A stretch of DNA of 43,043 bases, taken from assembly GCA_007375995.1 (NCBI GenBank), contig VMFK01000001.1, positions 1 through 43,043 of the forward strand, read 5' to 3'. Below are positions 15,558-24,529 of the stretch, in pieces (position 1 is the stretch's first letter; the number at the start of each line of letters is the position of its first letter). The notes beneath the pieces are model-generated. The model saw only the letters and a program-made list of their open reading frames with translations, made no database searches and had not been told where the DNA came from. This DNA is from Parcubacteria group bacterium Gr01-1014_56 (GTDB lineage Bacteria > Patescibacteriota > Minisyncoccia > Phycocordibacterales > SBAW01). A program made the translations under genes and the position numbers.

Positions 15558-17939
15558 TTACTCGTTAAGCGGAGCAGTCTTGCGGGTTGCAGGTTGATTA
15601 GTTATTGGCGGCTGTGCAGACTCAAAAGGCGGCTTGCCCTCTCGCAGGTTGCCGAGGATAAGATTCACCTCAGCGCTTGTGGGGTTGCTCCTCGCGAGGT
15701 CCTCAAATTCTTTGAGTGCGTCCGCTGCCCTACCTTGTGTGTAGTACGTGAGACCGAGGAAATATTTGGCGTTTGCGTAGTCTGGCACGATCTTAACTGC
15801 TTGCTCGAGCGCTGGGAGCGCGTTTTTAGTGTCACCGCTGGCGTAGTAGAGAAGCCCGAGCTGGAACCATATAGGCGCTACTCCCGGAGCAGTCTGCGCG
15901 GCGGCTTGTGCAGCACGGATCGCGCTTGGGATATCGTTATTAGCGACATTAAGCTGCACCACAAACAAAATTGCATCGGTGTAGTTTGGTTTAAGTGTCA
16001 GAGACTGTGTTAGATATTTTTGTGTGAGCTCTAGTTTACCTTGTGAGGCCTCAAGACGCGCAAGTGCGAGTGCGATGTCCGGCGCAGACGGGTTTTTAGC
16101 GATGGCGGTTTGGTACTCCGCTTGAGCGCTTTCATATGCCCCTTGAACCTTAAGCGCCGCAAGAAGGTCGTATACGCGAGCGAGCGAAACGTACGAGCGA
16201 TAATCGTTTGGATAAGCCAGGGTGAGGTCTTTGCCCGCTTGTATCGTTTTTTCAACAACAGCCCTGAACTGGTCCTGCGCTGCCTGGGTAGATGCCTCGG
16301 AACTGTTTGCGATCTGTTGGATCTTGAGCATCCCGCCCTCAACCGCGAGGCGCTGTGCATCTGCTGTGACCTCAACGCCTTTTGCTTTTTCCGACTGCAG
16401 GATCGCGCCATCGGCATTACCTACCTGAAGCGCACTTACGCCCATGTTGGTCATTGCTTGCGCGACAAAGCGGCGGTCGGTTGTAAAGGCTCCCCACACA
16501 GATACCGCGAGCAAAAGAGCAACCATGGCCCACCCGCCGAAATGCATAAGAGGCGAAGAGGTTTCTTCGTCGGCTGCGTGTCTCCCCTGTCTCCAGAGAA
16601 ACCCAAATGCAGCGCCTGAAAGTACAAACGCAAGAATAATGACGATAGCACTCGGCACATAGAAGATAATGCTTATGAGGAGGAAGAGGCTTCCTAACCC
16701 TGCGGTGAGCGCCACCACGCGCTCCTCACGGCTCAGTAGCGACAGACGGATAGCGCGAATACTCCCCGCGCACAGGAGAAAAAGCGGTACCAGCCAAGCG
16801 ACAGCCCCCACAAGGCCAACCGTGCCAAGCGCGGTCACGAGCGTTGAGAAACCGACACTAAAATCGAGATTCCAAAACGTCGACTGGTTCACCTCTGCCG
16901 GCTTGTGCATGATCCATGAAGAGTTAAAAGTGTTGGGGCCGGTGCCTATGAGCGAGCGCGTAACTGACCCTTCGCGAGCGAGTGAGATCACATTGTAGGT
17001 GGAGGAATATGAAGGGCGCACCTCAAGCGAGGAGACCGGAAAACGGTTAGTGAGGTCTGTGTTGATAGCAGTGCCATAGAGAAGAAACACTATCGAGACG
17101 AGTGCGCCCACAAGCGAGAACCACGGGACTTTGCGCGACCAGGATGAGTACGCATAGGGGTTTGCGTCTCGCTCAGCAATATCCTCGCTGCGTCCTGTCA
17201 TGAAGGAAGTCAGGCCAATAAGTACGGACAAGACAAGAACTAGCCACCAAGCGAGAGAAAAATTTATAACACCAAGTAGTAGTGCTGTTGCGGCAAAGCC
17301 CAAGCCAAGAATGACACGGCGCGCCAAGGGCGCGCGCGCAAGCTCAGCCTGTACCAAGAGGAAGACTGCCAAGAGCCCGCTCACAAGGCCGAGGTCATTC
17401 CATTTGCCGATCAAGTTAAGAGACCGGTCAGAGAAAATCGAAAACGGAATGACTGATGTCCCGAAGAGAACTATCAGCCACTGGAACATAACGACAGCAG
17501 CAAGTGTCCACGTGAGCACTAAAATAAGAAGCCGCAATGTGCGCAGTGTCTTGAAGAGCCCGAAAGACAACATAAATGCCAAAAACGCGATCGTGGTAAA
17601 GAGTGCCGTGTCAACCTCAACACCAAAGCCCACGATACCAACCGCCGTGTTGCCTGACACATACGCTGAGAGCAGATACGCGAGTGGAAGCAACCCCGCA
17701 AAGAGCGCGAGCAAAAAGCCGTGTGAGTGGACAAGCTCTCTTACGCCACGACCAGCTATAAAGAGAACACTAGCAAAAACAATACTAAGAGCGAACAAGG
17801 CGAGCTTACCTAACTGAAACGGGAACCAAGCGGTCGGGATAATGAGTACAACTGCCAGTACAATACCAGCGAGAAATACCATACGCGACCACGATATGAG
17901 TGGTGAGTACATAGTTAACGATAAACTATTGTGGAGCAC
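15558..17939 (-). CDS. Polytopic membrane protein (O-antigen-ligase-like) with a C-terminal TPR domain
   Basis: About 12 TM segments, followed by several TPR-like repeats (for example WFQLGLLYYASGDTKNALPALEQAVKIVPDYANAKYFLGLTYY). GTG start at 17939 preceded by AAGGAG. Confidence 0.55.
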   Translation of the reverse strand: MLHNSLSLTMYSPLISWSRMVFLAGIVLAVVLIIPTAWFPFQLGKLALFALSIVFASVLFIAGRGVRELVHSHGFLLALFAGLLPLAYLLSAYVSGNTAVGIVGFGVEVDTALFTTIAFLAFMLSFGLFKTLRTLRLLILVLTWTLAAVVMFQWLIVLFGTSVIPFSIFSDRSLNLIGKWNDLGLVSGLLAVFLLVQAELARAPLARRVILGLGFAATALLLGVINFSLAWWLVLVLSVLIGLTSFMTGRSEDIAERDANPYAYSSWSRKVPWFSLVGALVSIVFLLYGTAINTDLTNRFPVSSLEVRPSYSSTYNVISLAREGSVTRSLIGTGPNTFNSSWIMHKPAEVNQSTFWNLDFSVGFSTLVTALGTVGLVGAVAWLVPLFLLCAGSIRAIRLSLLSREERVVALTAGLGSLFLLISIIFYVPSAIVIILAFVLSGAAFGFLWRQGRHAADEETSSPLMHFGGWAMVALLLAVSVWGAFTTDRRFVAQAMTNMGVSALQVGNADGAILQSEKAKGVEVTADAQRLAVEGGMLKIQQIANSSEASTQAAQDQFRAVVEKTIQAGKDLTLAYPNDYRSYVSLARVYDLLAALKVQGAYESAQAEYQTAIAKNPSAPDIALALARLEASQGKLELTQKYLTQSLTLKPNYTDAILFVVQLNVANNDIPSAIRAAQAAAQTAPGVAPIWFQLGLLYYASGDTKNALPALEQAVKIVPDYANAKYFLGLTYYTQGRAADALKEFEDLARSNPTSAEVNLILGNLREGKPPFESAQPPITNQPATRKTAPLNE

Positions 17940-18006
17940 AATGCTCCTTTAATAATAAGGACCTAAAAACAGTATACTACAGTATTTTCTACCCCCAAGG
18001 ATAGGC

Positions 18007-18033
18007 AAAACCCGCCCCAAAAGGGCGGGTTTT
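18007..18033 (-). terminator. Terminator hairpin 3' of RNase P RNA
   Basis: AAAA-CCCGCCC-caaaa-GGGCGGG-TTTT. It is symmetric, so it has a U-tract on either strand. Confidence 0.6.
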
Positions 18034-18043
18034 ACATACTCTA

Positions 18044-18362
18044 GCACGCGCGTCTATAAGCCGAATTCTGTTTCACCTCGCCGAGGCGGGGCCAAACAGT
18101 AATTTATCTGGGCCTCACATCACTGCGAAGCTCGAGCGGCACTCCCGTTGATGTAATCGCGAGGCACGGCCTTGCACTAAAGGGATAAGGATTTAGCCGT
18201 TTCACTCTGCAGTTGCCTGCAGACTCGTCTCTGTTCGCACCTCTTGTGCCTGCTAGGAGCACACGACAGGCGTTACCTGCTACCCTCCCACAACTTGCGT
18301 TGTGGCACGTGTTCGGACTTTCCTCCCCGACCTTGCGGCCGGAGCTACTGTTCAACGCGCTT
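18044..18362 (-). ncRNA. rnpB: RNase P RNA (bacterial type, short)
   Basis: On the minus strand: GGGGAGGAAAGTCCGAAC (P4 5' strand), CAGAATTCGGCTTATAG (P4 3' strand), P1 GCGCGT/ACGCGC and P2 AACAGT/ACTGTT. Confidence 0.8.
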
Positions 18363-18367
18363 CTTAG

Positions 18368-18396
18368 ATTATACGATACATACGTAAGCTAAACAA
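18368..18396 (-). promoter_or_regulatory. Candidate promoter of rnpB
   Basis: On the minus strand, TATAAT (18373-18368) lies about 6 nt before the P1 5' end, with TTGTTT 17 nt upstream. Confidence 0.35.
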
Positions 18397-18526
18397 GTTC
18401 AACTTAGTTTAGCTGGAGCTTGGTGCCTTCAACAAATCAACTACCATTTAAAAACCTGCTTTAGATTTAAGAGTTTACGAAGAGGGTTATCAACAGACCG
18501 TAAAAACTCCTGTAAAATGAAACTAC

Positions 18527-18943
18527 GTGGCTAATTTAATTAAAATCCTCAACTCCCATCAGACAGATAAGCAATTTGTACGATTTTGCCTTATCGGCAT
18601 ATTGAACACTGCTGTTGACTTAAGTTTTTATTACATCTTTACCAGACACTTAGGTTTTGTGGGTGAGTTAATCTTTATAGCTAAAGGAATTTCATTTATC
18701 ATCGCTACTTTTAATAGTTTTTTATTCAATCGATTTTGGACATTTAAGAAAGAAGGTGGTTTTTTATGGAAAGAGCTTTTCACATTCTATACGGTAATTG
18801 GTAGCGGAATATTCATCAATATCGGGGTTCACTTTTTAGACGTCAACTTCTTTGGTATTAACGACTTAGCCAGTAGTATAGTGTCAGCAGGCTTTACTGC
18901 AGTTTGGGGTTTTGTATTGGCAAAATATATCGTCTTTAAATGA
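18527..18943 (+). CDS. GtrA-family membrane protein
   Basis: 138 aa, four TM helices, N-terminal FVRFCLIGILNTAVDLSFYYIF typical of GtrA-like proteins. GTG start. The stop overlaps the next gene's start (ATGA). Confidence 0.75.
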   Translation: MANLIKILNSHQTDKQFVRFCLIGILNTAVDLSFYYIFTRHLGFVGELIFIAKGISFIIATFNSFLFNRFWTFKKEGGFLWKELFTFYTVIGSGIFINIGVHFLDVNFFGINDLASSIVSAGFTAVWGFVLAKYIVFK

Positions 18944-19641
18944 AACCTTATCTTTCGGTTATTATCCCGGTTTTTAATGAAGTTGATCGACTGGTTCCCA
19001 CCCTTATAGCTTGTAAAGAGTATCTGTCACACCAAGTATATTCTTATGAAATTATAGTCGTTGATGACGGCTCAAATGATAATTCGGGTATTTTGGTAGA
19101 AGAACAAAAGTCTCGTATTCCAAATCTTTCGCTCATTACAATTCCTATTAATCAAGGTAAGGGGGCGGCTATTAAGACCGGCATGCTCGCCGCTAAAGGA
19201 GAACGACGGCTTTTTATGGACGCAGACAACTCAACGAGCATTGAACAAGTTGGCAAACTTTTTCCCTACCTTGAGCAGGGGTATGACATTGCAATAGGGT
19301 CACGTCGTATTGCGGGTGCGGTTATCAAAGTAAAACAAAATCTCCTACGCGATTTTCTTGGATGGGTTTTTCGCACCTTGGTACATATATTAATTTCTCT
19401 CAACATACAGGATACTCAAAACGGTTTTAAGCTCTTTTCTGCAAAAACCGCTGAATCTATTTTCCCGAAATTAAAGACTAGGACTTGGAGTTTTGATGTA
19501 GAAGCTCTGTTGCTGGCCAAAAAGATGGGTTACAAAATAAAAGAAGTGCCGATTGTATGGATCAACGACGGTAGAAGTAAGGTCCGCTTTCTTCAAATGA
19601 TAAAGATGCTTGTAGATCTTGTTTACATAAGACTGAGATAA
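18940..19641 (+). CDS. Family 2 glycosyltransferase (GtrB / polyprenyl-phosphate glycosyltransferase-like)
   Basis: LSVIIPVFNE, VVDDGSNDNS and MDADNS (DxD) motifs. Confidence 0.8.
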   Translation: MKPYLSVIIPVFNEVDRLVPTLIACKEYLSHQVYSYEIIVVDDGSNDNSGILVEEQKSRIPNLSLITIPINQGKGAAIKTGMLAAKGERRLFMDADNSTSIEQVGKLFPYLEQGYDIAIGSRRIAGAVIKVKQNLLRDFLGWVFRTLVHILISLNIQDTQNGFKLFSAKTAESIFPKLKTRTWSFDVEALLLAKKMGYKIKEVPIVWINDGRSKVRFLQMIKMLVDLVYIRLR

Positions 19642-19643
19642 TC

Positions 19644-21107
19644 TTAACGGTTGCAACATATAAATGTTGGTAGTTGTAAATCTTTGTCACCGTATATAAG
19701 CGCAAAAATTTTACCTTGATATAAAATCTTTAAGCCTTCATACGCTGGTTTATCGGGAGCAAGGAAAAAATATGTTTCGGCTGGTATAGTTACAAACAAA
19801 TAGAAAGGGGCTTTTAAAATTTTTCCACTACCGCTACGGGGATCAATGGCAGAAATTTTCGTGTTGCCATAGTAGTTAACTGTCTCGTGCACATTCCAAT
19901 CTAGAGAGTATAGAGGTGCTGGTGAGTTATTCCTATATGTTTGCCCAATAGCCTTCTCCTCATATGTATATGGGGGCACTTTAACATACAAGTTACCCAA
20001 AGAGACCCACGCGGCAAACAGTAGAGCAAATACGAATACACTATATAACACTTTTTTAAAAATTTCTGAAATTGAAGATAGGTGATGAAAGAGGATGGCA
20101 ATACAAATAGCAAGTAGGGGAAAGATTGGTATGATATAAGTTCCTAAATGACTTTTTTGGAGAGTAAATAAAACTATGATAAAAATACTACTCAATAACA
20201 AAGCTGCGGTATCTTTAATAGGAATTCTTTCGAATTTCTTTGAGAGACTTAAAGAAATAACGAGTGCAAGTTCTGCTACAAGTACTCATATCCAGGGGAC
20301 GAGGGACCATAGCACCTCCAAATAATCATAATAATTATTTGTGCCTGTCATGGTCGACGTAGCTCTCTGAAAGATCTGGCGGCCTAGATAATCATCCCAA
20401 AACAAATGTCCGAAACGAATACTTTCTAGAATATGCCAAGGTAGGATAATGACCAATGCCAGCAAAAGTCCAAACCATAGATATTTACTTTTTAGCCACC
20501 CCCATTTTCTATAGCAGATACTATAAATGAGAATAACAGGAATTGCTAAAAGCCCTATAACGCTTTTAAATAAAACACCTATCGCAATCAATGGGAATAC
20601 CCAAAAGAAATACTTCTCTCTATATAATCCTCTTATCCAAAAAAATAAAGCCGCAAGAATTGATGCTGTTACCGCCGAATCGAGTCTTAGTTCTCTTGCA
20701 AAAACAAAAAATGAATTTGAAAACAGAAGAATCAAAAAACCAAGAGCTGCAGCTAAATAGTTTTTTGTTTGATCTTTAATGATCAGGTATACAAGCCAGC
20801 AGCAAAGGAGGGCGGCCAAAACGCCAGGGATACGGAATGCATACTCCGCTTCGCCAAAAATCTTTACGCTTGCCATGGTAAACCAGAGGTAGAGAGGCGG
20901 CTTCTCAAACCAATTTTGTCCGTGGAGCTGAAAAGTTGAGACATCCCCACTCTGCAGGGTATCAGTTACTACCTGTGCGTATGTCGCCTCGTCATAATCT
21001 ACCAGAGGACGGTTTATATCTAAACTTAGAAAGACAGTCGCGATAAGAAATAAGACAAGTTGAATAACTATGTTGTATTTCTTAAAAAAAAGTTCAATTT
21101 TTATCAT
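19644..21107 (-). pseudogene. GT-C fold glycosyltransferase (ArnT/PMT_2-like) interrupted by one in-frame TGA (20286-20288)
   Basis: N-terminal part: YDEATYAQV...WFEKPPLYLWF (20286-21107). The same frame stays open for 28 codons past the TGA into ORF 19644-20201. The whole protein is hydrophobic. Confidence 0.6.
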
Positions 21108-21396
21108 ATATACAGTAAATAAATCCCCTACTTAAATAGGTAAGGGATTTTATTTACCTGCCACAAGAAACTTAGTCGCCTACGGATTATCATCATTTAT
21201 GATTGTACAAGTTGCATTTTGTCCAATGCCTATCGTTATTGCGTTACCTGTATTTACGACATCTCCAGGGGCGGGCCTGGTTAAAGAGATTCATGTAAAA
21301 AATTTACAGATAGAATTAATAAAAGGACCAGTGGTTAAAACATCTCTATACTAGCACTTTATTACTAAAAGCGAGTGACGGTTATATAGCGAAGCT

Positions 21397-21852
21397 CTAT
21401 AGCACAATTTTTGTCCCTTCGGCAACCCCGATTTGTTTCGCAAAACCCGCTGGGACTTCAAGCACATAGCGGGCAGGAGAACTCGGATAAAATATATTCG
21501 GATAGGTATCGGGCGAAACATCATGCGCGATCGTTATGACCGTACTGCTCGCATTGATCCAAATGATATCGATAGGAAACTGCATGTCCTTCATCCAAAT
21601 ACCGGCAGTGGCGCCACTCTCAAACACAAAAAGCATACCGTTCCCTCGCAGAAGTGAGCGGCGGCCCGAGAGGCCGCGCTCGCGTGAGCTTTCGGTATCT
21701 GCAACTTCAACAATAATAGTCGTGTCCTCGACCTCTATCGAGCGTGTAGCGTTTTTTGCTGAAGGCATCTGTAGGTTCTGAGACATATACAACAAGAAGA
21801 ATACTCCGGCACATGCGAGGGCGGCAAGCGCATATGTCAGGGTGCTCTTCAC
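21397..21852 (-). CDS. DUF192 domain protein
   Basis: Signal/TM N-terminus. RGLSGRRSLLRGNGMLFVF...MKDMQFPIDIIWI...YVLEVPAG matches the DUF192 pattern. Confidence 0.7.
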   Translation of the reverse strand: MKSTLTYALAALACAGVFFLLYMSQNLQMPSAKNATRSIEVEDTTIIVEVADTESSRERGLSGRRSLLRGNGMLFVFESGATAGIWMKDMQFPIDIIWINASSTVITIAHDVSPDTYPNIFYPSSPARYVLEVPAGFAKQIGVAEGTKIVL

Positions 21853-21853
21853 G

Positions 21854-22267
21854 CTACTTCCACAATGCGAGTATCACACCAATCATACACAGAGCGACCA
21901 AATAATAGCCGCTGTTGATCGCCCAGAGCTTCCACGACTTTCCCTCCCACAAGACGACACCCACCGTAACTGGTGCGACAAACCCGAGCCAATTCCAAAA
22001 ACCAGTCTGGAGACCGGCCATAATGCCACTTTCTCCTAAATAAGTCATTGCAAAAACAAGACTGTGGCTCATTACAAACGCCATAAGGAGCGCTCCGATC
22101 GCTGAGATAGCATAAACTTTTCCGGCGGCTTTCGCGTTCATACTCTCCGGGGTAAAACCCGAAAGTCTCATCCATTCTTTACCGAACAAAGGTCCATACC
22201 AAAGAAAACCCAAACCCATCATGACGATCGCTGAAACAAGAACCGCAAGATAATTAACAGGAACCAT
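21854..22267 (-). CDS. DUF1761-like membrane protein
   Basis: 137 aa, four TM helices, N-terminal NYLAVLVSAIVMMGLGFLWYGPLFGKEW. Confidence 0.6.
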   Translation of the reverse strand: MVPVNYLAVLVSAIVMMGLGFLWYGPLFGKEWMRLSGFTPESMNAKAAGKVYAISAIGALLMAFVMSHSLVFAMTYLGESGIMAGLQTGFWNWLGFVAPVTVGVVLWEGKSWKLWAINSGYYLVALCMIGVILALWK

Positions 22268-22326
22268 ATATAAAAAATATTAATGGTTAAATGAACGCCC
22301 CTAGTATACACCCGGTTTAAGGGGTG

Positions 22327-22355
22327 TTGACATTTAGGATATATGGGTTTATAAT
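22327..22355 (+). promoter_or_regulatory. Consensus sigma-70-type promoter
   Basis: TTGACA (22327-22332), a 17-nt spacer, then TATAAT (22350-22355). GGAGGG lies 6 nt before the ATG at 22406. Confidence 0.7.
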
Positions 22356-22405
22356 CTTGTCTGATTCACTTTGCAATTAAGCAGGGTGCTAATGGAGGGT
22401 TCTTT

Positions 22406-23011
22406 ATGAATAAGTTCTTGTTAATGGCAGGCTCAAGCCTGTTTTTGTCGTTCTTTGCTTTTGCCCCTGGGACCGCACAGGCTAGCGTTCAATGCGAACC
22501 TAGCCTCTATAACAACTGTTGTGAGCGCGTGCGACTGAATGCCAACTACTTATACGCACCAGAATATATTCTGAGTTGTCGTACTGGTGGAGGAGGCGCT
22601 GGTGGTGTGCTTTTTCACAGGGTAAGCCCGCCCTCAACTCCTCCTGATGACGATGACGACGATAATCAGGACGATGAGGATCATGACGATCAAGACGACG
22701 ACGGCAAAGGTGACCAGGATGGCGGCAAGGGCCATCAAGACGAGGGTAAGGGTGACCAAGATGACGGCAACGGTGATCAAGATGGCAACGGCCATGATGA
22801 TCAGGATAACGGCAAGGGCCATCAAGACGGTAACAACGGTGATGGTGACCAGAACGACGGTGATCAGGATGGCGACCAGGGCGATGGTGACCAGGACTCA
22901 GGCCAAGGTGACGGCGATGGTGACCAAGGCGATGGCGACCATGACGGTGACGGTGATCATGACGGTGATGGCGATCACGATGGCGATGGTGACAACGGCG
23001 ACAGCGAGTAA
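22406..23011 (+). CDS. Secreted Cys-containing protein with a long Asp/Gly/His/Gln repeat tail
   Basis: Signal peptide ...FAPGTAQA, a Cys-bearing segment (QCEPSLYNNCCERV...SC), then about 120 aa of GKGDQDG / GDGDHD repeats encoded by imperfect tandem DNA repeats. Confidence 0.6.
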   Translation: MNKFLLMAGSSLFLSFFAFAPGTAQASVQCEPSLYNNCCERVRLNANYLYAPEYILSCRTGGGGAGGVLFHRVSPPSTPPDDDDDDNQDDEDHDDQDDDGKGDQDGGKGHQDEGKGDQDDGNGDQDGNGHDDQDNGKGHQDGNNGDGDQNDGDQDGDQGDGDQDSGQGDGDGDQGDGDHDGDGDHDGDGDHDGDGDNGDSE

Positions 23012-23019
23012 GCAGCGTT

Positions 23020-23052
23020 GGGGACGGAGTAAAATCCGTCCCCTTTTTATTT
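23020..23052 (+). terminator. Rho-independent terminator
   Basis: GGGGACGGA-gtaaaa-TCCGTCCCC followed by TTTTTATTTT. Confidence 0.7.
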
Positions 23053-23126
23053 TCTAAGGCGTATGAATGCTAAGAAAATCTCGGCGGCACCTAATTTTCG
23101 GCGGCACCTTGCTCGACGCAAGTGCA

Positions 23127-23167
23127 CTTGGATTTTCAACAGCGTAGGAACGCTAAGAAAATCTCGG
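23127..23167 (-). repeat. Conserved structured 3' trailer of tRNA-Ser (copy 2); a partial third copy lies at 23065-23087
   Basis: Same sequence as 2136-2176, except that the inner stem AGCAT/ATGCT is AGCGT/ACGCT here (a compensatory pair). Confidence 0.7.
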
Positions 23168-23252
23168 CGGAGGGTGAGAGATTCGAACTCTCGATACCTT
23201 TCGGTATGCCGCCTTTCCAAGGCGGTGCACTAGACCACTATGCGAACCCTCC
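23168..23252 (-). tRNA. tRNA-Ser (anticodon GGA)
   Basis: 85 nt with a long variable arm. Anticodon stem-loop CCGCC-TTGGAAA-GGCGG, T loop TTCGAAT. Confidence 0.85.
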
Positions 23253-23333
23253 AATGTTATAAAAACTACACCGCTTATCTAAAAAAGAAAAGCGGCCGGA
23301 GTATCCCCCGAGCCGCCAGAATCGCCTACGCGA

Positions 23334-23543
23334 TTATTTGATCCGCACACGGCCAGAGTCCATATGGACAAAAGCAGCGTGCTTCGAAATTCGTGGTGTG
23401 CCCGTGCTCCTCCTTGAGCACGAACCTTGGGTAGAATTGGATGTGCCGCCAGCACCTCTTCGTTGAATTGAGATTTCTTTAAACGTGATGGGGATTCCCC
23501 CGTTTTTGTCACGTCTTCCTCTTATTTCAACCTGAACGTCCAT
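23334..23543 (-). CDS. Hypothetical small Arg/Gly/Ser-rich protein
   Basis: 69-aa ORF with GGGAGGA 4-5 nt before the ATG, and a hairpin plus TTTTCTTTTTT run downstream. No family recognised. Confidence 0.35.
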   Translation of the reverse strand: MDVQVEIRGRRDKNGGIPITFKEISIQRRGAGGTSNSTQGSCSRRSTGTPRISKHAAFVHMDSGRVRIK

Positions 23544-23634
23544 TAATTCCTCCCTTGGAATCTGCTTCCTCCCCCTATGGAAGAAGCAAGACGTATTTTA
23601 TAGCACTAAAGGTTTATTGAGGCAAGAACCCTTT

Positions 23635-24522
23635 TTATTTCCCAAGCAAAGCTTGGATTCTTTCTTGAACAGGCGGGTGCGTCATAAATAGTTTTGAGAT
23701 CCCGCCCATCGCAGCTTTAGGGCCGAAGGGGTTTGATATGTAGAGATGCGCGGTTGCGTTGTTTGCGCGCTTCATGGGTGCGGCATATGCACCAATCTTC
23801 TGAAGTGCTGAAGCCAACCCCTCGGGATAGCGTGTGAGGAGTGCTCCTGATGCGTCTGCTAAAAACTCACGCTTGCGCGAGATCGCAAGCTGCAAAAGAG
23901 TTGCGACAATAGGCGCGAGCACAATAAGAGCCACTGCAATGATCATAAGTATCGGGTTGCCTTTGTTGTTGTCGTTGCGACCGCCGAAAAAATGTGCGCG
24001 CAAGAAAAAGTCGGAGATAAGTGTCACAAACCCCACTAAGACCACTGCCACTGTTGAAAGCAACATGTCGCGGTTGCCGATATGCGAGAGCTCGTGCGCG
24101 AGCACACCCTCAAGTTCGCTCTTCTCCATCATCGAAAGTAGCCCTGTAGTTACTGCCACTACTGCATGTTCAGCGTTGCGGCCGGTAGCAAAAGCGTTTG
24201 GCGCTGCGTCGTTGATTATAAAAATCTTTGGTTTAGGGAGCCCGGCAGTGATAGCGAGATTCTCTACAATATTATGCAGTTCTGAATACTCCCTCTCATC
24301 GGCTGGTTTAGCCCCCGCCATCGCGGTGACAATTTTGTCGGAGAACCAGTAACTCGTGATGTTCATCACGATCGCAAATATAACCGCAACGACTAAAATC
24401 CCTGGGTTGTTAAAATAAAATGAGATCGCCCATCCTATCGCAATAACAATAGAGAAAAACACGACCATAAGGACCCAGGTCTTTGCGATATTTTCGTCTT
24501 TGTGGGTGTAGAGCGTCGCCAC
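23635..24522 (-). CDS. htpX: Zinc metalloprotease HtpX (M48 family)
   Basis: HELSHIGNRD zinc motif, four TM helices, and a C-terminal THPPVQERI motif. Confidence 0.85.
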   Translation of the reverse strand: MATLYTHKDENIAKTWVLMVVFFSIVIAIGWAISFYFNNPGILVVAVIFAIVMNITSYWFSDKIVTAMAGAKPADEREYSELHNIVENLAITAGLPKPKIFIINDAAPNAFATGRNAEHAVVAVTTGLLSMMEKSELEGVLAHELSHIGNRDMLLSTVAVVLVGFVTLISDFFLRAHFFGGRNDNNKGNPILMIIAVALIVLAPIVATLLQLAISRKREFLADASGALLTRYPEGLASALQKIGAYAAPMKRANNATAHLYISNPFGPKAAMGGISKLFMTHPPVQERIQALLGK

Positions 24523-24529
24523 AGCAGAG

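Noticed and set aside
18104-18355. 83-aa minus-strand ORF in the track
   Set aside because: It lies entirely inside the RNase P RNA gene. It covers the GAGGAAAGTCCG P4 strand, and its 3' end (18104) lies about 30 nt short of the CAGAATTCGGCTTAT strand. It is therefore a by-product of GC-rich structured RNA.
20286-20288. TGA reassigned to Gly (code 25) or read as selenocysteine in the GT-C gene
   Set aside because: TGA ends tsaD, the recombinase, gtrA (through an ATGA overlap with the next start) and rnj. The duplicated rnj end has TAG at the same position. I could not find a stem-loop immediately 3' of the TGA, only a direct ACTTG repeat.
21199-21354. 51-aa plus-strand ORF in the gap between the GT-C gene and the DUF192 gene
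   Set aside because: No SD, no recognisable motif, and it lies in an AT-rich intergenic region. It is not supported enough to call.
22634-23057. Alternative-frame ORFs over the acidic repeat region (22647-23057 plus, 22634-22825 minus)
   Set aside because: They are products of the tandem-repeat periodicity. They have no signal peptide or SD, and their Met/Thr/Ile/Val-only composition is implausible. The Asp/Gly frame has the promoter, SD, signal peptide and terminator.
23279-23512. 77-aa minus-strand ORF overlapping the 69-aa ORF at 23334-23543
   Set aside because: It has no SD, and its frame runs through the terminator-like hairpin. The overlapping 69-aa frame has the better signals, and even that is called with low confidence.
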